Shown here: positions 60,216-64,000 of the stretch, piece after piece
Layout of the letters: each line of letters starts with the position of its first letter
Numbering within the stretch: position 1 is the first letter of the stretch
Translations under genes and position numbers: made by a program
Assembly (NCBI GenBank): GCA_049682815.1
Contig: JBAUII010000068.1
Span: forward strand, 4,738 to 68,737
DNA: 64,000 bases
Reading direction: 5' to 3'
Origin: Thermodesulfobacteriota bacterium
GTDB taxonomy: Bacteria > Desulfobacterota_D > UBA1144 > Nemesobacterales > CSP1-2
The notes under the pieces: generated by a model
What the model saw: the letters and a program-made list of their open reading frames with translations, nothing else
What the model was told of the DNA's origin: nothing
Databases searched by the model: none

Positions 60216-63173
60216 CTAAGTCTTTGCCAATTCTTGATAAACCATCTCAAACATCTTCGCCACCAGCGCTGCTCTTATTGCCTTGTTGTCATTAACCTTC
60301 TTATAGAAGTCGAAGTGCTCGTCAATTATCTCTTGGAGCTTCTCATCAAAGAGATGGTCGAATGTTAGCCTTATTTTTTCCTTGCTATTTACCTTTGCGC
60401 TTGCCTTCAGCGATGGATTGCTCTCAATTCTTGATTGCAGTTGTTGAGCAATTACTTTATCTGATTCTGTAAAGTCAGTGCCATACTTGTCGTTTATTGA
60501 TTCAATTATCTTAGATAGGGCCTCTTTCTCTTTGCTCTTTAATGTTATCGCATCATATCTAGCTGGCCTAATCGAACCTCCGCGATCTCGGATTTCAATA
60601 CCCGTGCCCAGGTGCCCTATTCTGTAAGAATCCATATCAACCTGTTCCATGACCTCCACGGGCAGCCTATCATCGATTCGTGGCAACTTCCTTATCAGCA
60701 TCTTGCTGAAAACATATAGCTTTTCCAGATTAATATCTTTGAAGGGTATTATCTGAGATAAAAAGGCGTATAGGCGAATATAATTCCTTAGAAGTTTCTT
60801 GAACTCCTCCTGCTTCTCGGTTGGTAACTCCTCAAATCGTGAGACAACTTCATTAAGTATGGGATGCAGTTTATCTTGCTTCACTTTCTTATCGAAGAAG
60901 AGTTTTGCAAATCCATCCACATCTTCATGACTGAATACATACTGGTCCAGGAGCTTATGCTGAAAGTCATACAACTTGTTTGGATCAGTGCCTTCAGAAA
61001 GTATTGTTTCTCCATAATAATCCTCAAAGGCTTTTTCTATTTCATCCGCTTCATTAGCAAAATCCAGAATTAAGGGGTCTTCTTTATTGGAATAAATTCT
61101 GTTGACTCTGCTCAACGTTTGTACTGCTGCTACGTTTGCCAATTTCTTGTCCACATACATTGCATAAAGCAGGGGCTGGTCAAATCCTGTCTGGAATTTA
61201 TTTGCAACTATCAGAAATTTATTTCCCGCTCTTTTGAATTCATCCGCAGTCTGCTTTTCTGAGAAGCCATTCATGCCTGCTTCCGTAAAATCAAGGCCGC
61301 TGTCTGGATCATGAACTGTTCCTGAGAAGGCAACCAGGGTCTTGAACTTGTACCCCTTCTTCTTGATATATTTATCGCACGCAAGCTTAAACCTTACCGC
61401 GTGAAGCCTTGACCTCGTGACAATCATTGCCTTAGCTTGCCCGTTACCATTTTTGTCTGGAATCTTGTTTTTAACATGGTCATTGAAGTGCTCTATCATG
61501 ATTTCCACTTTCTTGTTGATTGAGTGCTCATGCAGGTCGACAAATGACCTTAGAAGAGCGGTTGCTTTTCTCTTGTCATAATTGGGGTCATCCTCAATTT
61601 TTTTAAGCAAATTGAAGTAGGTTTTGTAAGTTGTGTAGTTTTTTAACACGTCCCGAATAAAGGCTTCTTCAATTGCCTGCCTCATCGTGTAGAGGTGGAA
61701 TGGAAGGTATGAGCCGTCTTCTTGTTTTTCTCCAAATAATTCAAAAGTCTTTCCTTTGGGTGTTGCCGTGAATGCGAAATAGCTTACATTTTTCAACCTG
61801 CCTCTTGCATCTATTTCTTTCGTAATTTCATCTTCCCAGGTTACTTCCTCTATGTCTTTTTCCTCGGCTTCTTCAAGGCCTGAGACAGATAAAACCATTT
61901 TCAGGCTTTTGCTCGTCTCTCCTGATTGTGAGGAGTGAGCCTCATCAACAACAATGGCAAATTTCTTGCCAGGAAGCTTCGTTATATCATCAACGATGTA
62001 GGGAAATTTTTGGATTGTGGTTACAATAATTTTCTTGCCGCTCTCCAATGCTTCCTTTAGCTTCTTAGAGCCCTTGTCAATTTTTTCGACAACTCCGCTC
62101 ACCTGCGCAAACTGGTGGACTGTCCTTTGAAGCTGCCTGTCTAGTACAAGCCTGTCAGTAACAACTATTATTGAGTCAAATATTACCTTGTCTTTCTTGT
62201 CATGTAAGCTCGTTAGGTTATGACAAAGCCACGCTATCGTATTGCTTTTGCCGCTTCCCGCGCTGTGCTGGATAAGGTAGCTTTTGCCTAGATTATCTTT
62301 CTTGGCCGCTTCTACTAATTGCCTTACGGCATCTAGTTGATGGTATCTTGGGAAGATTAATTTCTGCTCTCCTGTTGGCTTTCCCTTTTCGTCCAGCACA
62401 TCTTCTATATGAAGAAAGTCCTTTATTATCTCTGAGAGTATTTCCTTAGTGAGGATTTCCTTCCACAAATATTCTGTTTTAAATCCTGCTGTATCAGGAT
62501 TTCCAGCGCCTCCATCCCGTCCCTTATTGAATGGCAGGAACTTTGTCTTTCCATTCTCCAGCTTGGTTGTCATGTAAACAAGGTCTTCATCTACGGCAAA
62601 GTAGACAAGATTCCTCTTAAAGGCAAAGTAAGGCTCTCTTGAGTCCCTGTCATACTTGAACTGCTTTATCGCATGCTCGACACTCTGCCCCGAAAGCTGG
62701 TCTTTAAGCTCAATTGTTATAATTGGAAGGCCATTAATAAAGAGCACCATATCAACAGATTTGTTGTTTCTCTCGCTGAAATAAACCTGCCGCATGACGC
62801 GGAACATATTTGCCTGAAAGAGTTTTTGGTAAGCTACGTTGAGCGTGGAAGCCGGCAAAGGATAGAATAAGTCGAAGTAGCAGCCGTAATCCCTTACACC
62901 CTTCCTCAAAACATCCAAGGTGCCTCTTTTCCCAATCTCATCTGCTAACCTCTTAAGGAACTTCTCTTGAACCTGGGAGCCATGCTGTTTCTTTAGCTTT
63001 CCCCACTCATCAGGCTGGGTTGCATAGATAAAAGCCAAAACCAGCTCAGTGTCCAAAGAAAGCTTTTTGTCATAATCGGTATTGTTTCTTGAAATGTATG
63101 CGTTCTTCCTTACAAGCCAGTCCTCTGTCTGCTCCTCCATCCTCATTTCTGAAGTTTTTAATTTAACAGCCAT
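60216..63173 (-). CDS. hsdR: Type I restriction enzyme R subunit (HsdR)
   Basis: N-terminal nuclease/PD-(D/E)xK region. SF2 helicase motifs: Walker A (QHSAGSGKS), DEAH box (VVDEAH), motif VI. About 985 aa. Confidence 0.85.
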   Translation of the reverse strand: MAVKLKTSEMRMEEQTEDWLVRKNAYISRNNTDYDKKLSLDTELVLAFIYATQPDEWGKLKKQHGSQVQEKFLKRLADEIGKRGTLDVLRKGVRDYGCYFDLFYPLPASTLNVAYQKLFQANMFRVMRQVYFSERNNKSVDMVLFINGLPIITIELKDQLSGQSVEHAIKQFKYDRDSREPYFAFKRNLVYFAVDEDLVYMTTKLENGKTKFLPFNKGRDGGAGNPDTAGFKTEYLWKEILTKEILSEIIKDFLHIEDVLDEKGKPTGEQKLIFPRYHQLDAVRQLVEAAKKDNLGKSYLIQHSAGSGKSNTIAWLCHNLTSLHDKKDKVIFDSIIVVTDRLVLDRQLQRTVHQFAQVSGVVEKIDKGSKKLKEALESGKKIIVTTIQKFPYIVDDITKLPGKKFAIVVDEAHSSQSGETSKSLKMVLSVSGLEEAEEKDIEEVTWEDEITKEIDARGRLKNVSYFAFTATPKGKTFELFGEKQEDGSYLPFHLYTMRQAIEEAFIRDVLKNYTTYKTYFNLLKKIEDDPNYDKRKATALLRSFVDLHEHSINKKVEIMIEHFNDHVKNKIPDKNGNGQAKAMIVTRSRLHAVRFKLACDKYIKKKGYKFKTLVAFSGTVHDPDSGLDFTEAGMNGFSEKQTADEFKRAGNKFLIVANKFQTGFDQPLLYAMYVDKKLANVAAVQTLSRVNRIYSNKEDPLILDFANEADEIEKAFEDYYGETILSEGTDPNKLYDFQHKLLDQYVFSHEDVDGFAKLFFDKKVKQDKLHPILNEVVSRFEELPTEKQEEFKKLLRNYIRLYAFLSQIIPFKDINLEKLYVFSKMLIRKLPRIDDRLPVEVMEQVDMDSYRIGHLGTGIEIRDRGGSIRPARYDAITLKSKEKEALSKIIESINDKYGTDFTESDKVIAQQLQSRIESNPSLKASAKVNSKEKIRLTFDHLFDEKLQEIIDEHFDFYKKVNDNKAIRAALVAKMFEMVYQELAKT

Positions 63174-63895
63174 TACACAACGCCCCGTACATCAATCTTT
63201 CCAGTCACCGCATGCGAAATCAAGGACGTTTTGTATTCATTCAAGAGGTCTATTTGTTTGTTTATTTTTTCCATTAGGTTGTCGATTCTTGAAGTTTCAG
63301 TTTTTAAATACTCTAAAATCTTTTCCTGCTCATCAACAGGCGGTAAAGGTAACAATACATTTTTCATATTGTCTTGATAGATTACCTCAATTGTTGTAGC
63401 GCAACTCATTATCAAAAGTTGCTCCCAGATTAATTTTGCTTGCTCGATTATCAGTGTTAAATACTCCTTAAGAATCCTTTCCTTATTAACTTGAATCCTT
63501 AGTAAACACGGATGTAAAATACCTTTTTCAGCATTCTCAGCGACAATGAACGTTTGGCCTATAGAACCTCTGGTTGTTATTAGAATGTCGCCAGGTTCTA
63601 CCTCAAAAGCTTTAAGTTCCGAATATTTTTCGTAAGAAACGTAATTCTCACCATGAGTAATATCCTTAAGAAGTACAGTTTCTTGATTGTATACTTTAAC
63701 ATCACCCAATTCCATATCGCTGGCTTTTAACTGGCTACCGAATGGACCTGTTTTGATTGCACCCTTTTTATTATCAACGCAATATTTAAGTTTCTTAAAA
63801 TCCCAATGAAACGGAATTGTTTCAATTAGTTCACTTCCGGAATCCTTCATCTTTACATCAGGGTCTAAACCCTTCGTCACAACATGGCTTATCAA
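63173..63895 (-). CDS. hsdS: Type I restriction-modification specificity subunit (HsdS), one target-recognition domain plus conserved coiled-coil; the gene probably continues beyond the window end
   Basis: HsdS-like TRD and a conserved central/C-terminal helix (LPPVDEQEKI...). The sequence at 63940-64000 repeats the conserved-helix-coding motif seen at 63240-63300, which suggests a second half. Confidence 0.7.
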   Translation of the reverse strand: MISHVVTKGLDPDVKMKDSGSELIETIPFHWDFKKLKYCVDNKKGAIKTGPFGSQLKASDMELGDVKVYNQETVLLKDITHGENYVSYEKYSELKAFEVEPGDILITTRGSIGQTFIVAENAEKGILHPCLLRIQVNKERILKEYLTLIIEQAKLIWEQLLIMSCATTIEVIYQDNMKNVLLPLPPVDEQEKILEYLKTETSRIDNLMEKINKQIDLLNEYKTSLISHAVTGKIDVRGVV

Positions 63896-64000
63896 GGCTA
63901 TTCTCTTTTCTTTTAGAAGGTCGATGTATTGTTGATATTTTTTGATTAGTTCTTCAAGTTGTGATGTTTCTTTTTTTACATACTCTATTATATGTCTTTG

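Overview
This is a bacterial chromosomal window of mostly housekeeping genes, ending in a low-GC accessory island of about 10 kb.

Core region (1 to about 53100):
- A pyruvate dehydrogenase aceE-aceF-lpd operon, with aceE truncated at the 5' window edge.
- A CHASE3 / multi-GAF sensor kinase (1312 aa) followed by two receiver proteins.
- A secreted class B acid phosphatase, two tandem alpha/beta-hydrolase paralogues and three SDR oxidoreductases.
- ileS, a lutABC-like Fe-S oxidoreductase operon, PBP1A, cysK, and a conserved ftsH-folP-cdaA-cdaR-glmM-pdxJ block.
- fur with its own Fur box, folC, dnaD/dnaI-like loader genes, rpe, metK, ahcY, xerD-scpA-scpB and ybeY.
- A roughly 2 kb non-coding stretch (13861-15851) packed with at least four families of hairpin-forming small repeats and a roughly 600 bp MITE-like element bounded by 25-nt inverted repeats. 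Copies of the same repeats recur at 53606-53703, at the island edge.

Accessory island (from about 53100, visibly AT-richer by eye from about 54000):
- An orphan Phd/YefM antitoxin and a small unknown protein.
- A striking three-gene module (features 54752-59082). A 749-aa single polypeptide fuses an E2-like (UBC, HPN..C-type) region, a ThiF/E1 adenylation domain and a JAB/JAMM (HxH..SxxD) peptidase. It is flanked on both sides by paralogous ComEC-type (HxDxDH / HHGS) metallo-beta-lactamase-fold hydrolases. The upstream one carries a disordered Gly-terminated tail and overlaps the fusion gene by 32 nt.
- A membrane protein, a small GIY-YIG protein, and a type I restriction-modification locus (hsdR, and hsdS running off the window).

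The fused E2-E1-JAB gene with MBL partners, and with no cGAS/DncV-like nucleotidyltransferase or separate ubiquitin-like gene nearby, looks like a ubiquitin-like conjugation defence module. It is related to, but distinct from, CBASS type II (Cap2/Cap3) and Bil systems, and is the prime candidate for an undescribed system.
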